From NCBI GenBank assembly GCA_964016885.1, contig OZ024758.1:33232001-33296000 (forward strand): a stretch of 64,000 nt of DNA, given 5' to 3'. The notes below the pieces were generated by a model. It searched no databases, was not told the DNA's origin, and saw only the letters and a list, made by a program, of their open reading frames with translations. This DNA is from Eledone cirrhosa. Taxonomy: Eukaryota. Position 1 is the stretch's first letter. The number at the start of each line of letters is the position of its first letter. Positions 11,425 through 24,522 of this stretch are shown piece after piece. The position numbers were made by a program, and so were the translations under genes.

Positions 11425-13330
11425 ATGGTTTCTTTATTGGCCACAAGGGCTAACATGAAGAAAAACATTACAGACGGTACAGAACGATACAAAGTGGGTT
11501 TTGGCCATGTAAAAAGGTTATAATAATAAGATAGGAATGTGTAAAAACAAATCAAAAAAATTCAAACAACAAAAATTCCCCTATAGGGGGGAAACCTCCG
11601 AGGGTCACTCGTGGCGAAAACCACACAAAAGACCACAGCCACCCTGACCACCAGGGCAAGCGCCCTCTCACAGTTCTCCCACTCCTCAGTCTACAGGCGC
11701 ATACTCAGAACGGGCCCGTTCACTCAGACCAGACTCGTCACTTTTACCCACCTTTCAACAAACTTACTAGAAGATAGCACTTGCCTCTCCACCCTCATTT
11801 TCCTCTTCAAGTTGAAAAAGGTAATCAGGGATTTGGCAAAGAGGAAAGTGTCCATCTTCAATCCTTTCAACCTTGTCTACCATACAATCTCTTTCGCCAT
11901 GGCCACCAGGCAGATGAAAACTGCCTGCCCTTCCTCCTCCTTAAAGGAGGACAGCGGAGCTATCTGCACCATGGACTCAGTCGATAACCGGATCTGTCCT
12001 AAACGCGACAGAAACTGTTCAACATAGCCCCACAAGTCAGCAATGCTCGAGCACTGAATGAGTGTATGCACGATGGTTTCGTCGCTCTGTGCGCATCTTG
12101 GACAGGTTCGGCTGACGGCACTTCCGTGACTGTAGAGCTTATCTCGAACCAGCAATGTTCCCCCATAGCACTGCCAGGCCAGGGATTTCTGGAAGTTGTC
12201 CATAGGCCCCGGGCTGAAAGTTCTCTTGAAGAGAGCGAACAGCTGATCATCTTTGATGCCCAGGCTCTCCCCGAGAACATCGTCTCTCTTCCCCTCCACT
12301 AGTCCTCTATAGGACATCAAGGTGGATGTTCCACCAATATTAGTGCCCAGCTGGTAGAAGGCTGTGAACGCTTGGAGACATTCCAGCTTCCAAGTGCTAT
12401 ACCTCGGTCTTTTCCTGATCCAGGTCTGCAGCTCCGTTAATAAGACGAGCTGGGAGAAAAACACGTCTGGCAAACGATGACCACACCTGTTAACCATCAA
12501 GGAAGCACCAGAGATGTCACAGCCTCAGCGCATGTTTGCGCATCATCAGCTACGGCATGCTCAGTCCTCCACGCAATGGGTGCTGACAGCAGATGGATCA
12601 TCTGACCATGGGAGCACATCCCTTCCATAAAAAGCGGAAGAAGAGGTGCTCCACTTTTGTCAGAGTTGGGCCGGGGCAAGGCACAGCGGTTAGGCAGTAG
12701 CAGATGACGGATGCGATGTACGCATTCGCCACTTCTGCCCAACCTTTCAGGGACAGCTTCCTCTTGGCCCATTTCTGAGTGAGAGAGGTCACCCTGCTCA
12801 TCACTTCGCTCCAGTTTTTCTCCATCTGGAGGTCCGGACCGAACCATACTCCGAGCAACTTAACCAGTCCTTCTGTCCAAACCCCACGACACTGTCCAAC
12901 AGCATGGACTTGTTTCTCCAGGTGCTGAACTACAAGCCCACCGACTTTTCCTGGTTAAACTTTGCTCCTGTCACTGCTTCATATTCCTTGAGAGTGGTGC
13001 CAAGCATCTGGACATGTCCGGTGCTTGACATCACCATGGTGATGTCGTCGGCGTAAGCTGACACGGATCTCCCGCATCACAGTTCGTGTGGGACGCCTCT
13101 CATTGGCTCCAATTTGTGCAGTAATGGCTCTAGGGCCAATACATACAAGAGCGACAAGAGGGGACAACCCTGGTAGACTGAGCACATGATGCTGAATGGC
13201 TGTGACTGGTGACCGTTCACCCTCACAACTGAGCAGATGTCGCTGTGCATCACAGTGATCCAACCCCTGAAAATGGGCCCAAAACCGGCAGCCTCGAGGA
13301 CCGCCGCCCGGTACCGATGGTCGACTATCG
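11425..13330 (-). mobile_element. Tx1/L1-like LINE 3' half (RT C-terminal part, CCHC zinc knuckle, 3' UTR)
   Basis: VDHRY.., QGCPL, YADD-like, LGVWFGP, CPRC...ETIVHTLIQC; tail cccttgtggccaataaagaaac(ATT)n. Confidence 0.88.
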
Positions 13331-13369
13331 ATACAAATAATAATAATATTAATAATAATAATGATAATA

Positions 13370-13650
13370 ATACTTTCTTTATTAACCACAAGGGTTTACA
13401 TAAAGTAGACATTAAGGACAGTACAGGACAATACAGGACGGTACAAATGGGCATTTCTGCGTGTAAAAAAACACAAAAAACAGAGGATGTTAGAAAAAAG
13501 AACAATGAAAAATTCCCCAATAGGGGGAAGACTTCCGAGGGCCATCGTGGAGAAAGCCCATTAAAAAAAGCCACGGCGACCCTGACCACCAGGGCAAGTG
13601 TCCTCTCCCAGTTTTCCACCTTCAATTTACAGGCACATACTCAGAGTACA
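13370..13650 (-). mobile_element. Second Tx1-like 3' end fragment in tandem
   Basis: Homologous to ~11430-11710; (AAT)n on both sides. Confidence 0.75.
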
Positions 13651-13667
13651 TAATAATAATAATAATA

Positions 13668-16600
13668 AAAACTTCTACAGAAAAATTGGCAAGTCAACAA
13701 TAACTGCTAAATCAATAACCCCCCACCCGAGGAGGAAGTGCAAGAATTCTAGAAAAAGATCTCGGCCGAAGAAAACATTCATAATATACATGCCCCATGG
13801 ACAAATGAAAGATACAGCTCACCTTGAGGAACAAACATGGGAAAATATAACAGTTGAACAGTTGCATTTAGCTCTTAGAAAATCCAGCAAATGGAAATCC
13901 TCAGGAAAAGACAAAATACCAAATTTTTGGATAAATGCCTTCACAGTCTCATATAAGCTGTTAGCCCAACTTTACAATGAAATCGTTAAGGAACCAGAAA
14001 AGATACCATCATGGCTAATTAACAACATTACATTCCTACTTCTGAAGAATGATGAGACAAATAATCCAAAAAATTACAGACCGATAACTTGCTTGACCAC
14101 AATGTATAAAATCTTAACATCAGTCCTAACTGAATACACATATGACCACCTGATAACAAATGATCTATTTCCCAATGAGCAGAAAGGATGTAAACGAGGC
14201 TCATATGGCTGTAAGGATCAGCTTTTGGTTAACAAAATGATACTGGAAGACTGTCATAATAGACACAAAAATCTATCAATTGCTTCGATAGATTACCAAA
14301 AAGTATTTGATAGTTTGTCACACAGTTGGATTGGAAAGTGTTTAGAGATTTTCAAAATATCTCCCATTGTCAGCAGGTTCCTGTCATTCAGTATGAAGAC
14401 ATGGAAAACGACACTCATTTTGAATAGTGAAAAAAAATCACTGGAAGCTGGAGAAGTTAATATTAATTGTGAAATTTTTCAGGGTGACTCTTTATCACTA
14501 CTTTTATTCTTAACCATGCGGAGTGCATCACCCTAAGGCAGATACAGATAGAACATATCTCCCTGGGAAAGGAGGACGTGGGTTAATCCAGTTAGATATT
14601 TCTTTGAAATCTGCAACAATTAGATTATCTACATATCTAAGGGAATCACATGATTGGATGATCAAACTCGTTTTGAAACATGAAAGCAACAAAAGATTAT
14701 ACTCCATTACAAAAGATGCACATAGATATAATAATGAACTACAAATTTTAGAAGTTCCCTTTACTGCTGAAATGAAGAAGACAGAAAAGGCAAAGCAGGT
14801 AAAAGTAACTGCAAAGAAAGAACTGCTACAGAAACTGGCTAAGAAATGGCAAGAAAAGCCTCTGTATGGAAAATACCCAGAAAGAGCTAACAATCCTGAT
14901 GTTGACAAAACTTTAACCCATCAGTGGTTGGCATCCTCTGGACTGAAATCGGAGACTGGAGGACTGATTATATCAGCACAAAATCAGTGTCTGCCAACAA
15001 AAAATTACCAAGCCAACATAATAAAAAATGGATGCAACCCATTACGCTGTGTATGTAAAAAACAACCAGAGACCATTGATCATATAATTTCAATGTGCAG
15101 TCCTATAGCTCCAACCGAATACCTAAACAGGCATGACAGAGTTGCACAATACATACATTGGGTAATGTGTCCTGCCCCATCAAAAGAATTGGTGGGAGCA
15201 TCAACCACCTCCCGTACTTGAAAAGGGTCACATCTCAATCTTGTGGAACTTTAGTATCCAAACAGACTGAAAAATAAATGCAAAAAAGACCTAATATAAT
15301 ACTGAAGGACTTTAAAAAGAGGGTCATCACCGTTTTACGTCCATTCTTCCATGCTAGCATGGGTTAGAAGGGTTGTCCTGTTGTGGGCAGTGTCCGGTCG
15401 GCAGACCTTGTCTTGCTCATACGGGAACTGATTCTGCCTTGATTTCTACAGCTGGATGCCCTTCCCAACACCAACCTCATTTACAGTGTGGGCTGGGTGC
15501 ATTTTTGCCATGGCGCCTCCACATCCACTTTGCAGTGGGAGAGTGTGGGGGCATATTGTCTATATGCTTCAGCTTCGGCTTGTACCCGTGGGGAGTCGGG
15601 TACTCTGTATTACTGCGGGACGCCAGAGGTCATGGTCGTGTGTCATCACCTTTGAGAGGTGTAATTGGGTAAGATCGGCTTTTATCACTTCATGCCAGGT
15701 CTTCTTGGGTCTCCCCACTCCGCGGTTTCCATCGACTTCTAGTGCTCTGCACCTTATTATGCAGCTGTCATCCTTCATACGCATCACATGTCCATACCAA
15801 CGCAACCGCCTCTCCTGCACACAGCATTTGATTCCTCTTATGCTCAGTCTGTCTCTCAATTCATTTATGCTTTGCCGTTCGCGTATATTACTATTACACA
15901 TCCATCGGAGCATGCAGGCTTCGTTTCTTTCTAATCTATGCAAATCTTCCACAGTCAGCGCCCATACAGTCTGCCTTTCATTTTGAGGGAAAAGCCTTTT
16001 GCAGCTAGCAGTGGCAGTAGCTCCCTGAACCTCTTCCATCCCGTTCTTACCCTAGTTATTGTACTTTCCGAACACCCACCTCCGCTGCTAATTCGGTCAC
16101 CTAGGTAGCAGAAGCTGTCTACTGTTTCTACAGAGCATCACCTTTACCTTTGTAGCAGTTGACAATGATGCTACTGCACCAATCCTTTGGTATGACACCT
16201 TCTAGTATTACCTGGTTAACAATACGTGTGGTTATAGTGTGACCTACCGACCCAGATGCCTTCAGCATCTCGGCAGCTATACCCGATGGGCCGGTTGCCT
16301 TCCCCATCTTCATATCTTTGATTGCCTTACTTACTACGCTGCTGCTGACTTGTACTGCCAGCCCCTCTATAGGGTCTACTTGGGGTAGGGTCTCTTCTTC
16401 CCATGCATTCTCCTCATTTAGTAATCTATCATATGGCTCTTCCACGCATCTTTCTTCTCAGCACTTGTGAGGGCAAGCTCACCTTTATCATTCCGGATAC
16501 ACTTCTCTCCAATGACATCACAATTCTCTCTGACACACTGCCTCACTCTTGAACACCTCGTGTTTCTGGTCCTCACGTTGCAAAACATGCTTGAATTTTC

Positions 16601-17720
16601 TATCCTCTGCACCCTCCTAGCTAAGTATACTTGTCGCCTAGCTTTCCTCCTGGTCTCTATGTAATGTACCCTGCTAGCCCCATTCTTCCATTCTTTCCAT
16701 GCTTGTCTCTTGGCCTTAACTACCTCATCTACCTTATTGTTCCACCACCAAGTCACTCTCCTCCTGCCTGTGGTCTTACTCCAGCCACAGATCTCATCCG
16801 TCACCTCTAGTAAATTATTTTTTAGGAACTCCCATTGCTCTTCTACATTGAATGTCTCTATCTGTTCTTTTTTTCTGTCGTAGGCGTTAAGTAAAATATC
16901 ATTAAATCTGTTACTGGTTGAGGGGTCTTTCAGCTTCCAGATCTTTCTTCTCCAGGTTGGCTTCTGTTTCCAGGTTCGTCTAGTTCTGACTGTGAGGTCG
17001 CTGACAACTAAGCTATGTTGGGAGATACATTCCTCACTAGGGGAGGCTTTTGTGTTTACGACCGTCCATCTGTCACGTCCTCTGATGAGGATAAAATCTA
17101 TCTGACTAGAATGCTCCCCTGATCTATAGGTGATCAGGTGGTTGTCGGGTTTTTTGAAGTTTGTGTTACATATCGACATGTCATTGGCGTCGCAGAATTC
17201 TAAGAAGCCTGAATCCTTCTTCATTTCTTGTGCCAACCCCATGGCCTCCATGGACTCTATAGAAGCCGTCACGGTGTTTACCTATGTGTCCGTTAAAATC
17301 TCTTGCAATAATTAGGAAGTCATTGTCGTTTGTTAGAGCAGTAGTGTGCATTAGGGACTCATAAAACCTATCCTTAAGTTCGTCTGGCAACCCCGATTGG
17401 GGTGTGTAAGCTGATATTATTGTGGCAATTGTTTTATTCAGGACTAGTCTGAGTTTAATGGGTGTGCCTGCTAATTCCAATAGACATTCAAAAACATTTG
17501 AAAAATTGAACAAGTGTAAAGACCTGGAGATAAAGATTGGAAAATGGTGGAAGTTGAGAACTAAAACAATACCAGTGGTTGTAGGCGCTCTAGGAATAAT
17601 ACCTAAGGGGTCTAATGATTACTTATCCCAAATCTCAGGAAACCTGCTTATAGAAGCAATGCAAAACATAGTACTAATGGGAACTGCCCATATACTAAGG
17701 AAGATTCTGTCAATATAAAT
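13668..17720 (+). mobile_element. Dong/R4-like LINE, internally deleted and split by an RTE insertion
   Basis: NYRPITCLTTMYK, EQKGCKRGSYGCKDQL, IFQGDSLS; GGRGL; C..C...ETIDHIISMC; RHDRVA; C-terminus KDLEIKI..TIPVVVGALG resumes at ~17460. Confidence 0.85.
15325..17460 (-). mobile_element. RTE LINE nested in Dong/R4, RT core deleted
   Basis: Homologous to the intact RTE; sequence jumps from YKGKGDAL (~16130) to DSFCYLGD, so the RT core is missing. Confidence 0.9.
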
Positions 17721-17876
17721 ACATCACAAGTGTAAACACCTAAAGATACATGTGTGTGTTTTTTTTTTTTTTGGGGGGGGGGTCTTGAACATGGCAGACC
17801 TTGTCTCTTGAGGTCACTGGTTGTGACTTGGTGATAACTCGTATGAACATAAAGCAAGATAAATGAAAAAATAATA

Positions 17877-18095
17877 ATTGGTTCTACTTTAGCACAAGAC
17901 CAGTAATTTGAAAGGGAAGGGAAAGTCAATTAAATCAATCTCAGTACATTACTGGTACTTTATTTTATCGACCCCATAAGGATGAAAGACAAAACTAACC
18001 TCAGCAGGATTTGAACTCAGAACATAAAGGGTCATAACTATGCCACAAAGCATAGTTTCCGGTGCTCTACCGATACTGACAATCCACCACCTTCA
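17877..18095 (-). mobile_element. tRNA-derived SINE (family A)
   Basis: Homologous to 3653-3841. Confidence 0.75.
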
Positions 18096-18097
18096 GC

Positions 18098-18130
<33 letters not shown>

Positions 18131-21030
18131 TTGGAAAACACGGAATCACGATAGACGTTATCTGGATGAAAATAAGTTAGCAAATGTTAGGAGGAATATC
18201 TTCAGAAATAATAGACTCACAGATACTGAAATAACTGATCAAGCATGTTGTGGAGAATGACATAAATATAAGCCATGAAAGAACTGAAGAATCTCCTGGA
18301 GAGAGTAAACTAGTCACAAGTCTTTACCGAGAAACCTCCATCTGACCAAATCTCAAATAGGTTTGTAGAATTGAGTATTCCTATTGAACCTGCTGAAAAT
18401 AGCCAGTAATGGGGTGTAGACCAAACATTTACTGAAGAACACAGAGAGTCTATGAAGGAATTGAAACAGAAAATACTGAATGAGTTTGCAGTTGTAAGAC
18501 ATTCTAGTATAAATGATAGAGAACCACTTCAAAAACTCCCAAATACAATCCAAAATAGAAAACAAATAATGATTGGTAACTCTGTTAGAAAAGAAATCAT
18601 AGACGAATTAGAACCCGATCTTACTAAGTTAAATGAAATCATTTATGCCTATGCTAGAGTAATTGAAACAAGCTCTTTACCACCAAAAAAACAAAGAAAG
18701 TCTAACTTGAGAAGTAAACCAATTTGGAGTAGAATTGAAAAGGAGATTGACCTAATGAGAGGGGAAATATCTTTACTGAATGAGCTAATCACTGGAAATG
18801 ATGAAAGCTAAAGAGAAAATATGGACTTTGTTCTAGAGAAGTACTAATATCAACAAAGGAAACTCTGAAACAAAAAGTCCAAGTAAAAGCCCAACAAATT
18901 CGTAGATTTGAGAAGCGAAACAACTTCTACAGGCAAAATAATTTGATCACATCCAATGCCAAGTCATTTTATAGAGAAATAGAGAAGGAGAAAATAACTT
19001 CCATAGAAGAAGTTGAAAACTTTGGGAGAAAAATTTGGATTGATGAGAAGTCATATAATGCTAATGTAGATTGGATTAGTCGCTTGGAAAATCCTACACA
19101 AATTTACAAGAACAGCCATGGAAGACATCTCTATAGCAGACTTAAGGACAGCACTCAATAAAGCTTATAAGTCAAAATCTCCTGGCAGAGACAGGGTTCC
19201 AAATTTCTGACTTTCCTCACTCCCGTGCACTCACAATATATTGGTCAAGCTGTTTAACGGAATTATGAAAAATCCAAAAAATACACCTGACTGGATAGCA
19301 AGTAGCATTACCTACCTTCTCCCAAAGAACAATGGAACTAAGGATAAAAAAAACTATCAGCCCATAACCTTCTTGTCCACCACTTATAAGCTATTAACCT
19401 CTTAACGGAGAAAGCATACATGTTTATGGAGGAGAACAATCTTTTCCCCATTGAACAAAAAGTGCACCGACGAGGTTCATATGGTTGTAAAGATCAACTC
19501 TTGATTAATAGTAGAACTGTCATAATAAACACAGATATCTCAGTTCTGCATGGATCGACTACAAAAAAGCTTTTGACAACATACCGCACTCATGGATTCT
19601 GAAATCACTGGACATCTTCAAAATCTCACCTGTGATTTCAAACTTCCTGAAACAATATGTTATTGTGGAACACAAATCTCCAATTATTTCATTTCAATGG
19701 AGTACTAAGTTCTAAGAATATTAACATCAACTGTGGCATTTTCCAAGGTGACTCACTTTCTCCCTTACTTTTTTTGCATAGCTTTAATACCCCTTACATC
19801 TGAACTTAATAGAACAGGGTACAGTTACAAAATTGAAAAGTAAGCCACCTATTTTATATGTTTCATAACAAAGTGTTAACCATAAATTCCTTGGCACTGC
19901 CAAGGAATTTATGGCTAACACTTTGTTATGAAACAACAAACAACTGTATGCTAAAACTTGTTGAGAAGTAAGAAGCTTCATTCTATCTTGAAGGAGAGCA
20001 AAAAATATGTTACTGATTTCATGCTTGATCCCCAGGTTGGACAGAATAGAGGAAACTGTTGCAATCGTTATTGCTAAGAACATAAAATTAATGGCAAAAG
20101 CAAAAGGGCAAGAGCAATTAGCATCAAAGTGGGAGCAGAAACCTCTGCACGGCAAATATGTGGCCCGTAGCAAACAAGCTGATGTTGACCAAAAATACAC
20201 CCATCAGTGGCTATGTAGCTCAGGGCTAAAAGCAGAGAGTGAAGGCTTCATCTTAGCTGCCCAAGATCAAAGCTTGCTGACTCGGAATTACGAGGCCAAT
20301 GTGATGAGAAACGGAATAAACCCAAAGTACCGATTCTGCAATGTTGAGGTTGAAACAGTAGACCACCTAGTTTCTGGATGTAAAGTTTTAGACCCAGTAG
20401 AGTACAAATATAGACATGACAGAGTTGACCAATATCTACACTGGGTAATATGTCAGCATTATAAAATCAAAGCTGCTGACAAGTGGTACAATCATCACCC
20501 TGAGGCTGTAACTGAAGGAGAAAAAGTAACAATTCTTTGGGACTTTCCTATACATACTGACCGGACCATTAAAGCAAATAGACCAGATATCATTGTAAAA
20601 GACCAACATAGCAAGGTCTGTTTACTAATTGATATGAGCATCCCATGTATCACGGAAAAAGAATTCAACCGAAAAAATGTGGCACCTCAAGGCCGTTACA
20701 ATACCAGTGATTGTGGGAGCACTGGGAATGATCAAAAAAGGAACAGAACAGTATCTGAGGATGATTCCTGGTTTACCCTCTCTGCAAGAGGTGCAAAAAA
20801 TTGTTTTGACTGGTACTGCACACGTATTGAGAAGAACACTATCTCTGTGAGAATGATACCCCCCCTTGAGTGTGAGTGTGAGTAGTGCACTGTCTCTGTA
20901 AGAATGATAAGCTGTAAATTATATTCAATGTGGTGTGTTAACTGACTTACCAATGTTTACAATGAATGTATTGCCCGAGGTGTCAGGAAGACATATATCA
21001 GAAACAATACTGAAGGAAAAGGAAAAACAA
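18131..21030 (+). mobile_element. Degenerate Dong/R4-like LINE
   Basis: GSYGCKDQL, GIFQGDSLSP, KPLHGKY, ESEGFILAAQDQ, ETVDHLVSGC, RHDRV, ILWDFPIHTDRTIKANRPDI..LIDMSIP (RLE domain); (AAT)n on both flanks. Confidence 0.88.
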
Positions 21031-21096
21031 TAAAAATAATAATAATAATAATTTCTTTATTATTGGCCACAAAGTTAAACTTTGGGATATAATAAT

Positions 21097-21258
21097 AATT
21101 GTTTCTACTTTTAGCACAAGGCCAGCCATTACCCCAGTGTATTACTGGTACTTTATTTTATCGACCCCGTAAGGATGAAAGGCAAAGTTAACCTCGGCGG
21201 GATTTGAACTCAGAATGGCAAGGTGTTCGACCCTCTACCGATACTGCCAATCCACCAT
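21097..21258 (-). mobile_element. tRNA-derived SINE (family A)
   Basis: Homologous to 3653-3841; an older plus-strand relative follows at ~21280-21440. Confidence 0.75.
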
Positions 21259-21779
21259 ATAATAATAATAATAACAATAGATTTGCAGAATCATTAGAGC
21301 ATCAGATGAAATGCCTTGCAGTATTGTTGCAGCTCTTTATGTGCTGAGTTAAAATCCTGCTGAGGTCAACTTTGCTTTTCATCTTTTCAGGGTCAATAAA
21401 ATAAGTAACAGTTATATATTGTGGTCAATATAATTGGCAGGTAGTTTCCAAACAGTTTCAATCAAGCCACTCTATATTTCATTCCTAGTATACCTTAAAT
21501 ATCTAAAGCCTGGAGGTTCATCCGACCAGCGCTTACCCCAGCTATTACTGGTACTCGTTTTCAGCTGAGTATACTGGAGCAACATGAAATGAAGTGCTTT
21601 GCTTAAGAACACAACACACAACTCAGTCCAGAAATCAAACCTATGGCATTATGATCATAAGTTCAACATCCTTTTCACAAGGACCTTAATGGGTCACATA
21701 AATTACTAGTAAAATTCAAACTTGTACCAATTAAGCATCCAAATCCCTCTCGGGTTTAATGACGAAAAGACACCCTTTT

Positions 21780-22198
21780 TTAACTCTTTCATTATCATAT
21801 TTCTAATAAAATATACTGTATTAATTACTGAAGAATTTGGAAGGATTTGCAAGAATTATTTCAATTATTAAAATGGCATTTAAACCTAACAACATGTCTC
21901 CCTCACCATGCTCTGGGGAAATGTCTTCTCTATCTGCCAGTGCTGTAGGATGGCCAGCACATCGTCAAGAAATTGAATATAGGAATTAAACCTGAAATCA
22001 ACTCTACAGGTGTACTCAACTGAGCAGTATTCTTTCTGTGTAGAGACAGCTGACCAAAGCATCACTAAAGATTCACTTTATATACATAACAAAAGGTTCT
22101 TATAATTACGTTGGAAAATTTGAATTTAAATCAGAACCATTTAAAATGGGTGGCTTTGTTCCATAGAAGCAGATTCAGTTTTGCATTGAAAGGGTTAA
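21780..22198. mobile_element. Possible piggyBac-type MITE remnant
   Basis: TTAA-CTCTTTCA ... TGAAAGGG-TTAA imperfect termini. Confidence 0.35.
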
Positions 22199-23494
22199 AG
22201 GGTTCCTATTTAAATTAAACCCTTCAAGCCTAATTTGATATATGAACATTTTGTTATGTTACAAATGCCATTTCAATAATGAAATAAATAATTTTAGTAA
22301 ATCCTTCCAAATTCTTCATTCATTAATTCAAATGCAGTGTTAAAAATATAGTAATAAACTCCAACACACTAAAGGGCAGTGGGTGCCTAAATTTAAGAAC
22401 CATTTTATACATATGAATAAACAAAACAAAACTAAAAAATTATTGTGATTTTATATCTAAATATAAAATCACAATGATTTTCCAATAGAGCTGCTATTTT
22501 CTCTTTTTTTCTATGCCATTCAAACTTTTTCATTTTGCCTATTTTCATCAGCTTGTTGAAAAGTAGGCAACAAATGTACTTGTTAAGAAACTTCTGTAAA
22601 TATATGAGAGATAAAAATGTTTCACTAGGAGTGGATTTTAATTAGAAGATGGAAATAACTTTTTAAGCCTTATGACATTTCTCCTTGCAACTCTATAAGC
22701 TCAAAATAACAGAGTTAGTTGATTATTCCTCTTTGAGCCAGAAGAAACATTTTTAAACATTTATTAATGAACATATCTTATAGCTAAGCTCTTCTCAGTA
22801 TGTTAATTTTAAAGGTTCTATAATTTTTTTCAATAATTAATTCACAATAAATTTTAAGAGCTATAAACATGTTTTTTTTTTGCTTGAGATTTATATAATT
22901 ACCAAGGCGCACTTGGATCCCCTACTGCCGAGCTCCTCTGCAACACTGGAACATTGATAGCCCATCTGTGCGGTGGCTGTTGCAGTCGTTGCTGCCCATT
23001 GTCCGCAGGAATGCTTTTGCGGTCTTGTCGGTGGGTCGCAGCGCCAATACTGCCGAGCCCTAGGCCTAGAACCGATCTGCCTCCCCTTCCATTCACCCCC
23101 AATCTTCTGTGACTCTAGAGCCCTTGCCTTTCTCGTAACCACAAAAGACACTTCAATTTTTTCCCCAAAATATATTTTTAAAATTAGCCATATGGTGTAA
23201 TTAAAAATAATCTGTACATAAGTTTAACTGGTGCTGGTGCCAATGGTTCATATCACTTGTCCCCTTCTCAATAATTTTACAGGTTTTCTTTCACATATTT
23301 CTAGGTTAACTGTGTTTCTATCAGTGGGATACTTCAGAGAAATCTCTCTCTCTCCCGTAGTGGCAGGGGCTGGAATATATTATATTGCTTATGTTTATAT
23401 AATTTCTTCTTTAATTTTATTTTTACTTGGCTAACATAAGAAATACTAATGTCTATGGTAACATTGAAACATGTTGCTCTATTATTAATATATG

Positions 23495-23698
23495 GGGTTG
23501 GAAAGAGAGAGTGGGGAGAGGGGCAGAGAGGGGGTGGGGAAGGGGAAGGGGGAGGGGAGGAGAGGGGGAGGGGTGAATAGGGGAAAGAGAGAGGGAGAAG
23601 AGAGAGATAGGGAGGAGAGGGGGGAGAAGATAGAGAGAGAGAGGGGAAGAGAGAGAGGGGGAAGAGAGAGAGAGGGGAAAAGAGAGAGGGGGAAGAGT

Positions 23699-23729
<31 letters not shown>

Positions 23730-23735
23730 GGGGGG
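23495..23735 (+). repeat. Polypurine (G/A) low-complexity tract
   Basis: Direct inspection. Confidence 0.9.
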
Positions 23736-23974
23736 ATCAGAGGATTAAAAATCTGAGATGGGTCAACATTGCAACAACACGCTGCTTCGTTCGTCTCTGG
23801 GTCACAAACACACTTTTTCCTGTTTTTTTCTTTGCTTGTTTCGTTAAAGTTTACCATCATTCCATTGTTATACAACTATTACGCAATTTACACCTGAAGA
23901 TATCACCGAGTTCTTATGCAGCCTGGCCACTGAAATGTGCATAATGTTTGCAGGAATAAATAATTAAGGAAATT

Positions 23975-24451
23975 CAACATGGCTTCCTGTCATCTCACTT
24001 TATAATATATATATATATTCACTTTCGCCAATCCATCGCTGCTTCAATTATTCCTACTACGGTGTACCCATGTAAATCGTAAAGTACAAATTTTTCTCTA
24101 TCTACTCCACGCTCAATTTCGTACATAGTCCAAACATCCAATCTCGCAAAATCCGAAATCTGTATTTTTTGTTATCTATTTAAGGTTTAAATACGGTGTT
24201 TTTGTCGTATTGAACAGAACAAATCTTGCAGTTTTGCTTTTTGTTAAATCGCTTGTTAAACATTCATAACCTTCCAGCTAGCTACCCCCACACCCCTCCC
24301 ACCCGCCCCCATACACCACCATTCTTAATACGTGGACCAATCATAAGCCAGAGCCCCCCCCCCCCCCCCCCCCCACGCATCACCATTATTATTATAAGCC
24401 AGAGCCCCCCCCCCCACGCATCGCCATTATTATTATTACGCGGACCAATCA
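23975..24451. promoter_or_regulatory. Candidate RNA polymerase II promoter region
   Basis: Locally CpG-containing; YY1-like CAACATGGC overlapping ETS-like CTTCCTGT (23975-23990); GC box CCCGCCCC (24302); two GACCAATCA NF-Y-type boxes (24335, 24443). Confidence 0.35.
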
Positions 24452-24522
24452 TAAGCCAGAGGCCTATACTATCGCTTGCCCAGTTGCCTTCGATATATGA
24501 TGGATGGATGGATGGATGGATG

